In this document: piece by piece, positions 1-15,778 of the stretch
How positions within the stretch are numbered: the first letter of the stretch is position 1
How the letters are laid out: each line of letters begins with the position of its first letter
Assembly (NCBI GenBank): GCA_023515725.1
Contig: JALDTO010000246.1
Span: forward strand, 343,680-407,679
Source of the DNA: Amoeboaphelidium protococcarum X5
Taxonomy: Eukaryota; Fungi; Aphelidiomycota
Direction: 5' to 3'
DNA length: 64,000 nucleotides
Program-made: the position numbers and the translations under genes
Notes under the pieces: model-generated
The model's input: only the letters and a program-made list of their open reading frames with translations
The model's database searches: none
Told to the model about the DNA's origin: nothing

Positions 1-257
1 GTCTCGATGTGTCATGGAATCGTAACATTAGACATGTTCATCAACAGGGAATCATTTAAAAATCTTTTAAAACCTACTATCAAAAGATCTTTGTCAGCAA
101 CATCGCAAAACTTTTTATCATTCGCATGCAACCACCTCAAGCCTTGTGACTTGAGAAATGCCGATAAAGCATCTTTGTCCGTTTTTAGATCAATCGTCTT
201 CAAACTACCGCTCCGACGTTATTTCAGTTGTTTCAATTTCACTAATATCTTGTTAAT

Positions 258-902
258 ATGATTAAATGGAATTCAAAGTTATTCCTCTTGCTGCTGGCCT
301 TAGCTCTATTCATTCTCACTTTGATCACCTTCACTTCCTTTGATAGTAATGATAATTTCACTTCAGCAGCCAATCTTATGCCGTACTCAAGGAGTGGTGA
401 CTTGACGTCTTTTAGTCAGATACGGAATATGGAAAGAGTTAGAAGTGATTTGGCAAAATTGATTCTTCAGGAAGATATAACGGTAGAGGATAGCATGGTC
501 AACATAATGCCGGAGATGGGCAACAACACTGTACGTGAATAGCTTGGTCGCTCTACATGGAGACTATTGCATACAATGGCAACAAGATTTCCGTAGAAGC
601 CTAGTGAGTTGGATTATCTGTCGTTTGAAGTTTTCATCCTTCTCCTATCCCGACTTTATCCGTGTGGTAACTGCGCCAAACACTTTAGATCTCTACTGAG
701 GCGGCAAGACTTAGGATTACCAGTTTTTAAAGGTGGTCGGAAGATTGCGAGTGATTACATGTGTTCATTACATAACAAGGTCAACTCTCGACTGGGTAAA
801 AAGCAGTTTGATTGCTCAAAAGCCATGGCGATCTGGCAGTGTGGATGTCCAGACGAGGCTGATGAAGAAAGTGATGATACTACGTTGTAAATTAAATAAT
901 GA
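258..902 (+). CDS. ERV2: FAD-linked sulfhydryl oxidase, Erv2 type
   Basis: Read with TAR=Gln: N-terminal signal/TM, REQLGRSTWRLLHTMA, LYPCGNCAKHF (CxxC), CSLHNKVNSRLGK and C-terminal CGC; ends at TGA 900-902. Confidence 0.92.
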
Positions 903-988
903 CCTTGAATTTGACTATCAGATTGCGACAATGAATAATAAACAATTTGATATATCACAGATTAATTTACTGAACCATTAAATTACAG

Positions 989-2077
989 TCATTCATTTGC
1001 GACAGTATTCTTCTTGATAACGTAGTACTTGCCGTTGGGATGCTATTATACAAATTGTAATACTTAGGTGTCGCTGCTTAGTACAGTTTACTAAACATTA
1101 ATGCCAGTCTATTGGTGGCAAACTATAGCGTACTGATCTTGATCATAAAGTTTTAACCTTCGCATGGCCATGTGAAGACATTACCAGCCATTAAGATCAT
1201 TAGTTATGTGGAGACTGACTCGCCGACACTCCTCCTATTCTCCCTAGTAGTGAATGAGCAATCTATAGTATGATTGAATTGAAGTCTTTTAGTTCTTAAA
1301 CTGAGCAAGCGATTGTCGACGTAAGCGCGCATTGATTTTACCAGATGTGTTTGATATGCGCTTCGAAGGTTACATACTTTTCTACTTCTTTATGACTTTA
1401 GATTTGACAGCAGTCTTTGGACAGAGAGGAAGTTTCGCGGATGTTATAGCTTCAACTGGACGCCCATATCCATCAGACGCGCTCTTCTCTTACAGAATCA
1501 TTTTGAGCTTCACATAGTTGCCACTTACGACATAGTGAGACATCAGATTCCAACCGTCCATTATCGCTTGGAAAAGTATTTACTCGCCTGACAGTTTCAA
1601 CTCTTGCATAGATCTCTTCTTGCATCTAGATTCTTTAAGAGTGTCACCGTACATTACAGATGCTTGCTTAGGATATACGATCCACTGCGCAACAAATTCA
1701 ACTTGATCGCTCAGGATACCACCACTGCGTACCTTTTTGCTTCTGAGAACCATTCGCATAACATCATCAACCGTGTTCGATGCAGAAATATGAACTTTTA
1801 AAGCGCTTGACAGACTAGGTATGGTGACTAGCAGCTAATGTAATACATGAGGGTGAGACTCTTGGATAGGCGGAAGGTTCTTGTCCATAGCTGGCGGTGT
1901 TCGGGGAAGTGGTCGCTCAATGCTCAATTGTTTCATCATCTCACAGACTTTAGAATCTTGCACAGAGTCATTAGAAGAACGTTCTATGGTCCACCTTTTG
2001 AACTTTACGAAATTATTCGTCTATTGAAGACCATTTATTCCATCTTATTCTGGATATTTACTTACGTATTGGCCCAT
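989..2077 (-). CDS. Hypothetical protein, 362 aa, predicted N-myristoylation and possible RA/ubiquitin-like domains
   Basis: ATG 2077 to TGA 989 with no in-frame TGA; starts MGQYVS (MGxxxS); LKVHISASNTVDDVMRMVL and RVSLHITNDLNGWQCLHMAMRRLKL resemble beta-grasp/RA folds. Confidence 0.65.
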
Positions 2078-2498
2078 TGCAAATATTATAATTCTTAGGC
2101 TATAGCAATAAAGAGTTTAACAAAAGACAGACAGGTAACAGTTCTTAGAAAGTTGTCGCGTGAGAAACTTTGGCAAAGCTAAGAGAAATCAATCCCACGT
2201 TCTCAAATCAGTTTAGGTACGCGTTTGGTCTTTACAGTGAAAGTTAAACTCTTTAGAAATTTACTGATATAAATTATTCAAGTCATCCTTCATTGTGCGT
2301 GCAATAAACTACTCTAATATAATTGCTGCATCGTTCGATACAACTTAACCTGACTACGCTGGCGACGCCGTCGCAGGTCTTAAAGATTGCGCTCATCAGC
2401 TTGCTTCCAATAATAGTCACTGATCCATTTTTCGAATATTAAAAAGTTTATTTTTTATTATTCAATTCTTCTTCGATATATAATCATCAAAATTAATA

Positions 2499-3725
2499 AT
2501 GAATAATCTCCCGCCAAACTCTGTGCAAGTGGAAGATAAAGTGGCCAAATAAATTATCCGCCATGTTAATGCGCTCTTATTGGGACTGAATGAAAATGAT
2601 AATCGTGATTAAAGACTTCGAAAGTTTCCAGGTGCTCAGCCAATCTCATTTCTGCAAGTTCATCTCTAGTCCCTATAACATGAAGACTATTATGTTTGTG
2701 AAAAGAGTGATGGTGTTCGCTATCTGATGTACATTGTACAGAATTTTGTATAGAATGAAGAATTCCCGCAAGGTGTGATTAGATAGGATGTGTATCTTTT
2801 GGATAGAAAACTCCAAGTGTACGGACTTGCCGGACTGGTATTCCCTAGCCATGATAGTCAGCTTAATAAGCTACTGCTGATTAACGAGACTCTGCTTGAT
2901 GGTGAATTGGTGTAGCATGAGATTGATGGGGAAGCGGTTTACAAGTACTTGGCTTTTGACTGTGTTATGTATAATACTAAAGTTCTCGCTCAGCGACCTC
3001 TTTCTACACGTCTTGGCTACTTGAAGGATTTTGTATTGAGACCGTATTAAAAGTACCAGATAGATCAGATGAAGAGTCCACTCGAATCGCTGCAGCTGGA
3101 GGCTAAAAAGATGTTCTTCGCGTATGATATCCCCTCTGTGATGAAGTAAATTGAAAGTGGACTCGGGCATGAGAATGATGGACTGATATTCACCAATGTT
3201 AACGCGCCTTATACAATTGGTAGAACATGTGATGGGATGCTTAAGTGGAAGCCTGCTGATCAGAATAGCATAGACTTTAAACTCCGGTTATCCTTTGATA
3301 GAGTGTAGAAGAAACCGCTGTGGAAACTTGACATTCTCAGTCATAACGGCGATGGATATGAAGAGTATGGAGAGTTGCTGCTGGATCCTGAAGAAGATCG
3401 CGAATTAATCAAGCAGTTTAAGCAAGATTCTCCAGATGGTAGGATAGTGGAATGCCGCGTAATAGTGGATAAAGAGACAAGGGAGAAGAAGTGGAAGTTT
3501 ATGAGATTCAGAGATGATAAGACTACGCCGAATCATATCAGTATTGTACCGCGTATCATGAAGAGTATCGATGAGTCTGTGTCCATAGAAAGTCTTTGCA
3601 ACTCTCAGTTTATGGATAAAGTACGCCGCAATTGGAAGCGGCGGTAAGAGCCTAAGGGCGCAGGCTAGCAGGATGTTAATACTCGCGCACATTTAAAGAG
3701 AAAGCACACCAATGATGATGAATGA
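2499..3725 (+). CDS. CEG1: mRNA capping enzyme alpha subunit (guanylyltransferase)
   Basis: FPGAQPISF, motif I VCEKSDGVRY, TLLDGELV, HENDGLIF, LKWKP, SIDF, RFRDDKTTPN; intronless under TAR=Gln. Confidence 0.95.
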
Positions 3726-4233
3726 AATTACTACTGTAGTACAGAACATAGTTTTTCATTTCTGTACTTTAATTTTCTTTGTGGCTGTAATTTGCTTACT
3801 GCACTGCTATTCGGATCCATGCCAATTATGCAAAAAAGCATTTTAGAGACAGTGATTGAAAGTCTTATCAATGTTATATGGAATATAAGTTTGTTTGCGA
3901 GCTCTATTCATGTTAGCACACGCGTCGATCAAGTATCAACAACTGACTCTGTGGGGCTTAGATGATCAACATTGTTTCAAGTGCGCGCCTCTCTCATCAT
4001 TGACTTCTCGAATAGGCAAGTATCTGCAGTATATTTGTGCGCCACTTATGAACATTGATTTCTCCACTTAACGTGTTAATAGATTATTTATCTTATTAAC
4101 ATATTTTATCTTCCTGTACTTCTGTTGGTGTCTCTGTTTGACTCTTAATCTTTGTATATAGCTTCCCGTCTGTTCCTATTGTGTTTATAGTCTGTCCTAG
4201 AGTATCATTCATCAAATAAGCCCTACAAGCGAA

Positions 4234-4305
4234 TCTTCGTTAGTATATTGGTTAGTACCCCCGCCTGTCACGCGGGTAAGCTGGGTTCGATTCCCAGACG
4301 GAGAG
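4234..4305 (+). tRNA. tRNA-Asp(GTC)
   Basis: 72-nt cloverleaf: acceptor TCTTCGT/ACGGAGA, anticodon arm CCCGC-CTGTCAC-GCGGG, T-arm CTGGG-TTCGATT-CCCAG; oligo-T Pol III terminator follows. Confidence 0.97.
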
Positions 4306-4495
4306 CGTCTCTTTTTGCATTTTATGCTGCTTAAATTATTGCTCATCTGTACATTTAGATTCCGGCGTGCGTTTATTATGCTTTTGAAGTGAAGAGTGCC
4401 TTCTATTAGACAGCGCGTTTAACTGATGTCGTTAAGTGGATCAAATTTGGCCGTTATAAAAAGCAGGACGCAAAACAAAGCTCGGTAAAATCTAA

Positions 4496-5167
4496 TCAAT
4501 CTACAATTTTCATGTCATCAATTCTATAAACATTTAAATGGGAATAATCCTTGTCATCTTGGTCTGAACTATCATCATTGGACGACCAACAACTCTCAAA
4601 GTGATGCAAATCCTTTTTATCCGCAAGACTGATTGGCGAATCCAATCGCGCTGGATATTAATAATCGATCATACTCTATTAATCAGACACATCCCTACCA
4701 TCATTAACTTGCATCTACTCCAAAGCAGCTAATAACCGCAGTATGTGGTATCGACTTTTGCGTATTAAGAGGGAAGCTTCTCTCTTCTCATCAGATAACC
4801 GCCTTACACTAACATAGCCGAAAAGGGCAGCAACTTTATCCAATGGACCTTCCATACTACGAACATTCCTCGCCTTTTAGAAAGCGTCTAATGAAAGCAC
4901 AAGTTTAGCTAATTCAATAGCATGTGCTTTGTCATCCACTTGGTTATAATTTAATACTAAATCATACTTTTAAGTCAATTCCATCAATTCCGGTTTATCA
5001 ATCGCATCATTGACGCCTCCACCGGTATCAAGACTATTGCCAATCTTCAACTCTAACATGGATACGACAGTCTTTACAGCCAATTGCAAATCAATCTCAA
5101 ACACGTGTTAAATTATAACGAAAGCTAAAACAAGGCTCCATATCCATAGTAAAATAATATCTATCAT
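4496..5167 (-). CDS. Hypothetical protein, 223 aa, N-terminal signal/TM anchor
   Basis: ATG 5167 (MIDIILLWIWSLVLAFVII) open to TGA 4496 under TAR=Gln; no family recognised. Confidence 0.55.
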
Positions 5168-5339
5168 CCGTAATTCTTATTTGCAATCGCCCAATCTCAA
5201 CTCAAATCATTGAGATTCAGTCAATTAATCAATCAATCAGGTAAAGAGAAAAAAGAGACAATGATAATAGTGAGAAGGTATACAAGCATTAAAAAAGTAG
5301 TAGATATCAGAACATTTTCTTACTAATATCACACATGAA

Positions 5340-6722
<1,383 letters not shown>

Positions 6723-8640
6723 TTATAAAATGAAAATATATACTATTTATAATCACTCACTATATTGGATATGTGGTGAAAATGAATGTTCAGAAAAGCA
6801 GATTAAGTAAGATATTGTTATCTAGAAGGAATTACAAAGTCGCGGACAAACGAAATCGTACTGAAAGCAACGAGAGAAAGTTGTTGTTAAACACCGTTAA
6901 ATATACCGACACCCATCACCAATTCTTTCATTAAATTAAAAAATTGTGCTTTTTGTACTCACTTGAGATATCATAACGTCTGGGCACATTTCGTCTTTTT
7001 TAAATCATCTCTAACACTTAGAATAAGACAAACTGGTTCTCAGCACTTCCTTCAACAAATTTACTGCCTTTTCTCAGACACAGAGCCGTAGTTTTATAAA
7101 ACTTTTAAACAAGAGCGTAGTAGATCACCAAAATCCATAGTCGCAAAAGCTATCAGCGCGTACAGTACAGCTATCACCAAAACGCGTGTCTCAGCCCCGC
7201 TATACAGTATATCACACGGGCGACTTGGCGCAAAAATATGGATTCCGGCATCTTGTTATAGCACGACGCCATCCAATTCGTAATGTAACACTATTCGAGT
7301 CAACCTATATAGGGTTAAGACTGTGTTTTCCTAATCAGGAACTAGCGCAATAGCGGTCTCTAATACTAAGCAGTTAGCCTGCAACTGAGGCAAATTACAG
7401 GCGCCCGTGGCAATTAAAAGTCTTGTTACAAGATCCGAAACAACGGCTGGTGGATATACAGTAGAAGAGAGAAAACAAAACAGAATTTTCCAACTTCCTA
7501 GGAGTACATTGGGAGACGCAGGACCCTCATGGCGCAGGTAACAATTCTACTGTATGCAGCGTTTTGGGGAACTAACATCGGTTAGCTATCAAACTAACGA
7601 TGAATATCCCTGTCATGTAGATTTCGTATCGACACTATATGAGACGGCTGCTTCATTTTCTAAACGAGACTTTAAATTATGACAATACCTGTGGCAGTTA
7701 GCTCAATGTCTACTAAATCAACCATGTAGTTTCCAGCAATTGAGACGCGTCTGGCAAGTAGTTGCATATATTAGAACTGTGTGATAATTAACAACTTGCA
7801 TTCAGTCTCTGTGGATCATAAAGTCTTATACAGAGTGTTAAAGTAACGCGCGACAAAATGTAGACTATATTTAAAAATTTCTAGTTTCTTCATTCGACTA
7901 GATAACGTATTAATTATAAGTACCGGGCCTATCGTTGACCAATACGTGGCCCATTGACACAACCATATCACTAGTAGCAGCCAAGTCTATCATAAGACGT
8001 TTGGGCACACTCAAATGCATCTCGCCTGGATTCTCAAGTGCTCTCAATAAGTAACTGACTGACAGTGTAAGTAATATCTGGACGTGTTCCAACCATCAGA
8101 TACATTTATCGACAGACACACGAGATACTCATAGCAAATGGACATCTTTGTCAAGCGTGGAAACTTCGATAACAGATTATGTTATTTTCATTAGTCCCTA
8201 CTCATTACCTCATATATTTAATTACATTTATCTATAGTATTTTCCATCAGAAAGGGAGTTGCTGACTTATTTTAACAGAAATGACTCGTGGCGGCCTTCA
8301 ATTGCTAATCCGTCCACGGCAGTTCGTCGACCGGGCAAAGCACCAGGGCGACAATACGCTCTCTGCGACAGTCAGCAGTGTCGACGCAACATTGGCAAGT
8401 GCTGCTTGTTGGAATCACTCGATTTCACAAGCGATAATGAAAATTGTCTCGCTTCTTTAGTCCAATTTATTTTCTGTCAAACCTCGCTGTGGAATGTAAA
8501 GCTAGTCAAATTTAGCCCTCCAACTCGACCTGTTAAATAAACGCGTTTTGCTCCTTCAACCGTTCTACCAACTCTTTTGTTGCATTACCGCGTGACCTGT
8601 TAAGATACCTAGAATATCAAATCTAGTTTAAAGCTTAAGA

Positions 8641-9684
8641 ATGTCGAACTCAGTCCCGCTGGCACAGTAATATAAATTAAAGCGAACTTTATCTGATACT
8701 GAGCCTCTGTTTCCAGTGACGATAGATCCATCTTTACTAGGTGGTGGTGGTGGTGGAGGTAATGCAGCTGCTCAGTAGTCGCCGTAGAGTAAGGAATTCC
8801 AGTAAGATAATCAGGGCAATGACTCGCTCAAGAAATTGTTAGCTCAGATATCAGATAGTCACTCTGCGCTTGTTGAATACATCTCTACACTGAACAGGCT
8901 CCACTCAAAGATGCGCAAAAATCCTGGCATCATGTATCCTCCCGCTGGCACTGTGCTAGACTCTGATGGCGTTTAAAATTAGCTCAAGTACTCTAAAAAG
9001 TGCAGGAAATTGTACAGTTCTGCTATATAAAAGACATAAGATGAGAATAAGTTGCTGAGTGCGATAGATAACCAGCTGGCGTTACTGCTTGGCGATATCA
9101 ATGAAGATGACGAAGATGTCCAAGTTGATGGCTCTACCAAGAAGCCAGAGATTCTTAATTCAGCCAGTAATGAACGAATTAAGAAGAGGCGCCTAGATCA
9201 TGATAGTAATAATAACATTAAGGTTAATGCCATTGGATAGTGGGAGCCTGGTTAGATGGTGGCGATCAACACGCACAAGTCAAACGCTGACGATATATGG
9301 ATTCTGGCTCGAATTATCAAGCAACTTTCTCCCACCTAAGATGCAGATCTCTATACTAATTCTAGTGAGCAGTAGTAAGTTAGATTTGAGGTTGAAGACG
9401 CGGAACCTGATCCGACTAGCGCTGAATATCGCAAGAGATATCGTGTAAGTGAAAAGAACATTGTCATACTTGATGAGAATACTAAGAAATTTAATGCTCA
9501 GGCTGTGGTTCTCGCTCTCTTTCCAGACACTTCTTGTCTGTATAGGGCGACATACTTGGAAGGACCAAAGTTGGACATCAATACGTCTAGTGGCTACTCC
9601 TATGTTGTTCGGTTTGAAGAGGATGACGGCCGCAGACGCGTTGTCGATGCCAAGTACATTGTACCTTATCCTAATAATTTGTGA
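8641..9684 (+). CDS. SGF29: SAGA-associated factor 29 (coiled coil plus tandem Tudor)
   Basis: WILARII, FEVEDAEPD, VLALFPDTSCLYRA and YVVRFEED match the Sgf29 Tudor motifs; single open frame. Confidence 0.85.
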
Positions 9685-9935
9685 TCTCTTTGATAGAATT
9701 GTGTCTCCTTTTATTATAATGTTTGATAAGTTTGGACTTTCATTTACTTTATTCATCGTTAGTCTAAAGATAACTTAGACAGATTGGATCTACAACGGCA
9801 AAGGTGTTCATGATTGTGTGAGTATGTCACTCTCAAACAATGGTTACACTAGTAACAAGATAGAACCATAAAAATTTAAAAAATTAAACCACATCTATTT
9901 ATTTATCACAATTTGAATAACTCTGTCAATTACAC

Positions 9936-10739
9936 TCAATTTATGCTGTTGTTGAGACCGTTACCAGTGTTGGACACGGTTCCACTACCACCACCAAAGA
10001 AGCCAGTATTGCCGGTAGATATTTCAGAGCTTGAGCCACTTACAGTACCAATCTGCGCATTTATAGAGCCGAAAGAGCCCGAGCTAAAAGAACTAAAATC
10101 TGCGTTATTGTTCTGCGCGTTACCAGAGTTGTTGATGCTTCCGGAGTTACCACCAAAGAAACCACCTTTACCAGTATCTGATTTCTACGAGGTAGAGATG
10201 GAATTACCAACAATGACGGAACCTATATCAACTCCAGATGAACCTGATGCCGAGTTATTTATGGAATTACCCACAGAGTTCATTGAACCGGAATCACCAA
10301 AGCCACGCCCATTTCCAGTCTTGGTCTCAGAGCTGGAATTGGCCACATTACCAACTTCGGCATTCTCAGTAGTAGAGCCATTGGATGTAAAACTGTTACC
10401 CACTGCATTACCTGCTTTGCTGACATCACCACTCTCTCCACCAAAGAATCCAGATTTACCAGTGGACGCGTCTTGTTGAGCATTCTTCACGTTACCGACG
10501 GATACATTCTGAGTCTCAGCTTTGGCTTGAGGAAGAGATGGAGCAGGAGGGACCACAGCTGGTGTTTACTAAGGTGGCACGCCTGGCTAAGTAGCAGATG
10601 GGGCAGGTGCAACTGGTGCCGGCGCTGGCACTGGAGCGGCAGGCTGTGCGCCATAAGTCTGAGGGATAGGATTAGCCTGGATAGAGTTCAGCGTTACTAA
10701 GCAGGAGCACACTGCAAAAGCGAAGGAATTGATTAACAT
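9936..10739 (-). CDS. Secreted Gly/Asn/Ser-rich repeat protein (paralog A), 267 aa
   Basis: Signal peptide MLINSFAFAVCSCLVTLNSIQA, Pro/Ala linker, then four ~42-46 aa repeats of VGNxxxxxxxxxTGxxGFFGGxSGxxxxxGNxxxN. Confidence 0.85.
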
Positions 10740-11221
10740 TTTCAATACACGTATTATTATAGTTACCAACCAGAAGCAGATTAAAAAATATTTCAACTTG
10801 ATAATCAGTTATGTTGAAAGACAAGAAATGAGACTGAGTAGAAATCGATTAAAAGCATATCAAAGTGACTCCTGGATCACTCCTCCCGATTCAGCTGATA
10901 AGGAGTACCAAACCATCGTGACTCAAAAGTCAGTTGACTCTGGCATTGCTGGTACTAGCCAAGATTACGCATTTAAAAATATAGACATTTGATCTTAAAT
11001 CAGGTGATATGCTAACCAGAGAATAATAAATTGAAAAGTATTTGAGATGTTCATATCATAACGCTCGTAATCACTAGATCATTACTGACAATGCCTGCCC
11101 ATGAACTGCAGTAAATATGAAACTAAAGAATTTTAGATTAAACACTTTAACTCTATTTGTTACTAACATTCTATCACAACATCTCTATGGAATACTAACT
11201 TTAAGCTCTTTTATGATGTGT

Positions 11222-12235
11222 TCAGTTGATGGTGTTCCCGAGACCATTTCCTGATCCTTTGACTGAACCAGTCTGGCCGCCAAAACTGAGCACGCCGTTG
11301 CTACCGGTAGAGGTTGAGGAGCCAGAGCCTTGGACAGTTCCAACTGCACCATTGATTTCGCCCTATTAATCTGGCGCCAGATTAACGTGGTTATCCTATC
11401 CGTTACCTGAATTTTCAATCTATCCAGAGTTGCCACCAAATGAACCAGCATTACCCGTATTGGAGTCTTAAGAAGTGGCGATTGTATTACCAACATTGAG
11501 ACTGCCCACAGTGGTGTTCTGAGCTCCAGTGGCACTATTGTTAATAGAGTTACCCACATTGGACTGACCTCCTGAGCTACCCCAGCCACGACCATTGCCA
11601 GTTTTAACATCAGATGACACATTAAGCGCGTTACCAACTTCAGCTTTGTCAATCTATGAACCATTGCCTGTCAAATTGTTGTTGACACCATTACCGGACG
11701 CGTCAACTCCACCAGAGTCTCCTCCGAAGAATCCACTGCCACCAGTGTGAGTGTCTTGATCAGAGCTTTGCACGTTACCAACACTGAGGAAAGTTGGCTT
11801 AGCTGGAGTAGCAGATGGCGTCTAGGTGGTAGAAGAAGTAGAGCTTGGAATCAGAATGATAGTAGATGTGGTATTAGCCTATTATTGATGCGGCACATCC
11901 GGAATGACATTGTCAGTAGGGGTGACTATAACAGAAGCAGTGCCATTCTAGACAGGAGCAGTGGAATTGCTATTGGTATCATGATGTATAGGTGCAGGTG
12001 AATTGTTACTTGTACCATTTTGGACAGGAGAAGTAACGTTGTAAGCAGGCTTAGGCTGGATTGGCTGAGTGGAATTATTCAAGTCAGCTAGTGTCAGATT
12101 ATTAGTGCACAGATAAGCAGCACAGTCTAGCACAATTTTGACCGAATTCTTTGGTGCATAATCAGGCGTTTGCACTGGGGCAGACAAAGAGGCAGCGAGC
12201 AAGCAAGATGCAATCAAGGTATAACTAACAATCAT
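11222..12235 (-). CDS. Secreted Gly/Asn/Ser-rich repeat protein (paralog B), 337 aa
   Basis: Signal peptide MIVSYTLIASCLLAASLSA, Thr/Pro/Asn-rich stalk, same four-repeat C-terminal domain ending GNGLGNTIN. Confidence 0.85.
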
Positions 12236-12404
12236 CTTTCTGAACGATAAGTAAGAATGCAAACTTTTAGAATACAAGTATAGATATTTTTACACAACAA
12301 TTGAAGAAAGAAGAGAGAATGAAGAGCATATCAAAAGCAGTTTATCACATCCTCCACACTCATACCATACGACGCTCCTCTTATTGTGACCAGGGGATGG
12401 TCAA

Positions 12405-13175
12405 TCAGCGAATCAGAGACATACTTTTAATAAATGATCTGTCCCCTTTTCGTGTGCTAAGGGCTGCCTCAGCTTGTCTCTGCAAATCTTGCAATTAAGA
12501 AAGGTTCTTCTGCTGCTTATGTGGATGTTCATTCCCTGAGTGCTATTTACCTTGTTGTTCTAGAAGGGGAAAGTCTTGATCTTACTTTTACTGACGCGTT
12601 TCATCCAAGGTGGACGCGTAAACTTTAATCAGCCGAATGTGCGAATCTTTTCCATTCTGATGATTTGAAACAATAGATAAGGATATCTTGTTGCATCTAA
12701 ATAATTTTTAATCTGCAGTAGGTAGACCATCGGTTGAATCTTCTTCATCTTATAACAATGATCCAAAATCCACCTCACACCATCGCTCATTCTATTCAAC
12801 ATCAGCGTCCATACTGTCTCGCTACTCGTCGTCTAAATCACCGGGAACCTGAACTCGCTCCACTTCCACCCCATCTGCCTTGACAACAATTACTCGCGGA
12901 CAATAGCTCTCATCTAGTCTCCAGTCGCAATAAATCAAAACTCTACTTATGGGAATCATTTTCCCGTATGGATCCATTGTAATCACAATTTCATGAGGTT
13001 AGTTTCCATCAGACTGCCAGTACGTAGAAACATCATTATCAATCAACTTGTAAACATTATAAGCCGCCTTCACTGAACTCACTGACCATTTCACCCTGGT
13101 AGATACATCCTTCTCAAACTATCTCAGACTCAACTTATTCGCACTTTCAAACTCACCAATTTTAGATGACAGCAT
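12405..13175 (-). CDS. APC10: Anaphase-promoting complex subunit 10 (Doc1)
   Basis: WSVSSVK, TYWQSDGNQPHEI, DESYCP, NHQNGKDSHIR and the diagnostic C-terminal IR tail (SLIR then TGA). Confidence 0.93.
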
Positions 13176-13500
13176 CTTATCTTATGAGACTATGTAGATT
13201 AGTTAGTAAAAAAGCGAAATAGACAACACTGAGCTTTAATTCAATTTTTTGGGTTAATAATAAGGCAGAGTATTTCGTGAGTGAAACAGTTTGTAAATTT
13301 GTCGCGTCTTCGTCGTTCATTCAATCATCATCAGACAAGTCTTTGCTCTGGAGATTCTTCTCGGGCATTTCACTGCACGTTTCTGCCAAAGAGAGAGAGA
13401 CAGAGACAGAGAGAGTCAGTTAGCGGAACAATTCTTTCATTCTTTAGTTAGAATTTCCGTTAGTACATTATCGTAGCATTACGTATAGTTTATAGCAAGT

Positions 13501-14880
<1,380 letters not shown>

Positions 14881-15076
14881 TCATATGTATCATTGCTGCT
14901 ATGGATTTATTATGGATGATCATAAAAGTGATCAATAAAAAGTGTTTAGCTAAAGATTCAGATAGTATTGTAAATTTCAATTCATATATTTCATACACGC
15001 CGCTTATTAATAAAATTCACATTGTCAAAATCACAATGTCACCAGTTCGTTCTTGAATCCAGCAGAGATGGGATAC

Positions 15077-15778
15077 TCATAGACGGCGTTCTTGCTCAAG
15101 GTCGGAACTGCTTGCAGATGAAGTGCCTAATGAGGTGGTATCGTCTGGACCAGCTGCAGCAATATTAGGATCAGTTACAGTGGCGGTGAACTAACCACTC
15201 TTGACTTCTCTCACCTCAACTGGCAGAACTTGAGGAGTCTCAATGACACGCTCCTTGATAGGCTGCACAGTGTGGATCACCTTGTGCTGTTCAATTTCAC
15301 GCTCAATCACTGGCTAGATCTCTTCAACAACTTTGACAGCATTATGTTCATGAATTTAAGGTTGATTAACCACAGTCTACTTGTCAACAGACACACCACG
15401 CTCCACCGGGCGATGTTTCTGCATTTCAGCATTCAACTGGCCAGTAATATCAGCTTTAGGAGCAGCGAATTCACGGTGCTGGGTAGGAAGCTGAGCCTGG
15501 ACATGCTACTCTGGAGCCACAATGTGCTCCTACTTCTTCTCGACGACAGGCTTGTGGATTTCATGCTCACGACGTCTCTCAACCACTGGCTAGACTTCAG
15601 TCACCTCATGAACTTCCTTATTATTCACCACGATATCAGCGTGCTTTCTCTGCACAACCTTGTCAGGATTCTTCACAATCTCAGCTGCGTTGACATGATG
15701 ATGTTACTGAGACTCCTTGTTAAATGGGACATTCTCGGTCTCTTTGTTGTGATGACGATGCTTTCCAAGTCCAAACAT
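15077..15778 (-). CDS. His/Glu/Val/Lys-rich protein with two ExQPV(V/I)ER repeats (resembles fungal 'allergen' proteins)
   Basis: ATG 15778 to TGA 15077, strongly biased codon usage; EVHEVTEVQPVVERRREHEIHKPVV and EHNAVKVVEEIQPVIEREIEQHKVIHTVQP. Confidence 0.8.

Noticed and set aside
1-257. Short ORFs at the window start
   Set aside because: No recognisable motifs; probably promoter DNA or the edge of a gene outside the window.
9913-10479. 188-aa Pro/Leu/Glu-rich plus-strand ORF (similarly 5394-6017, 15230-15799 and the frame-shifted 63437-63970)
   Set aside because: Antisense or alternative-frame shadows of better-supported genes.
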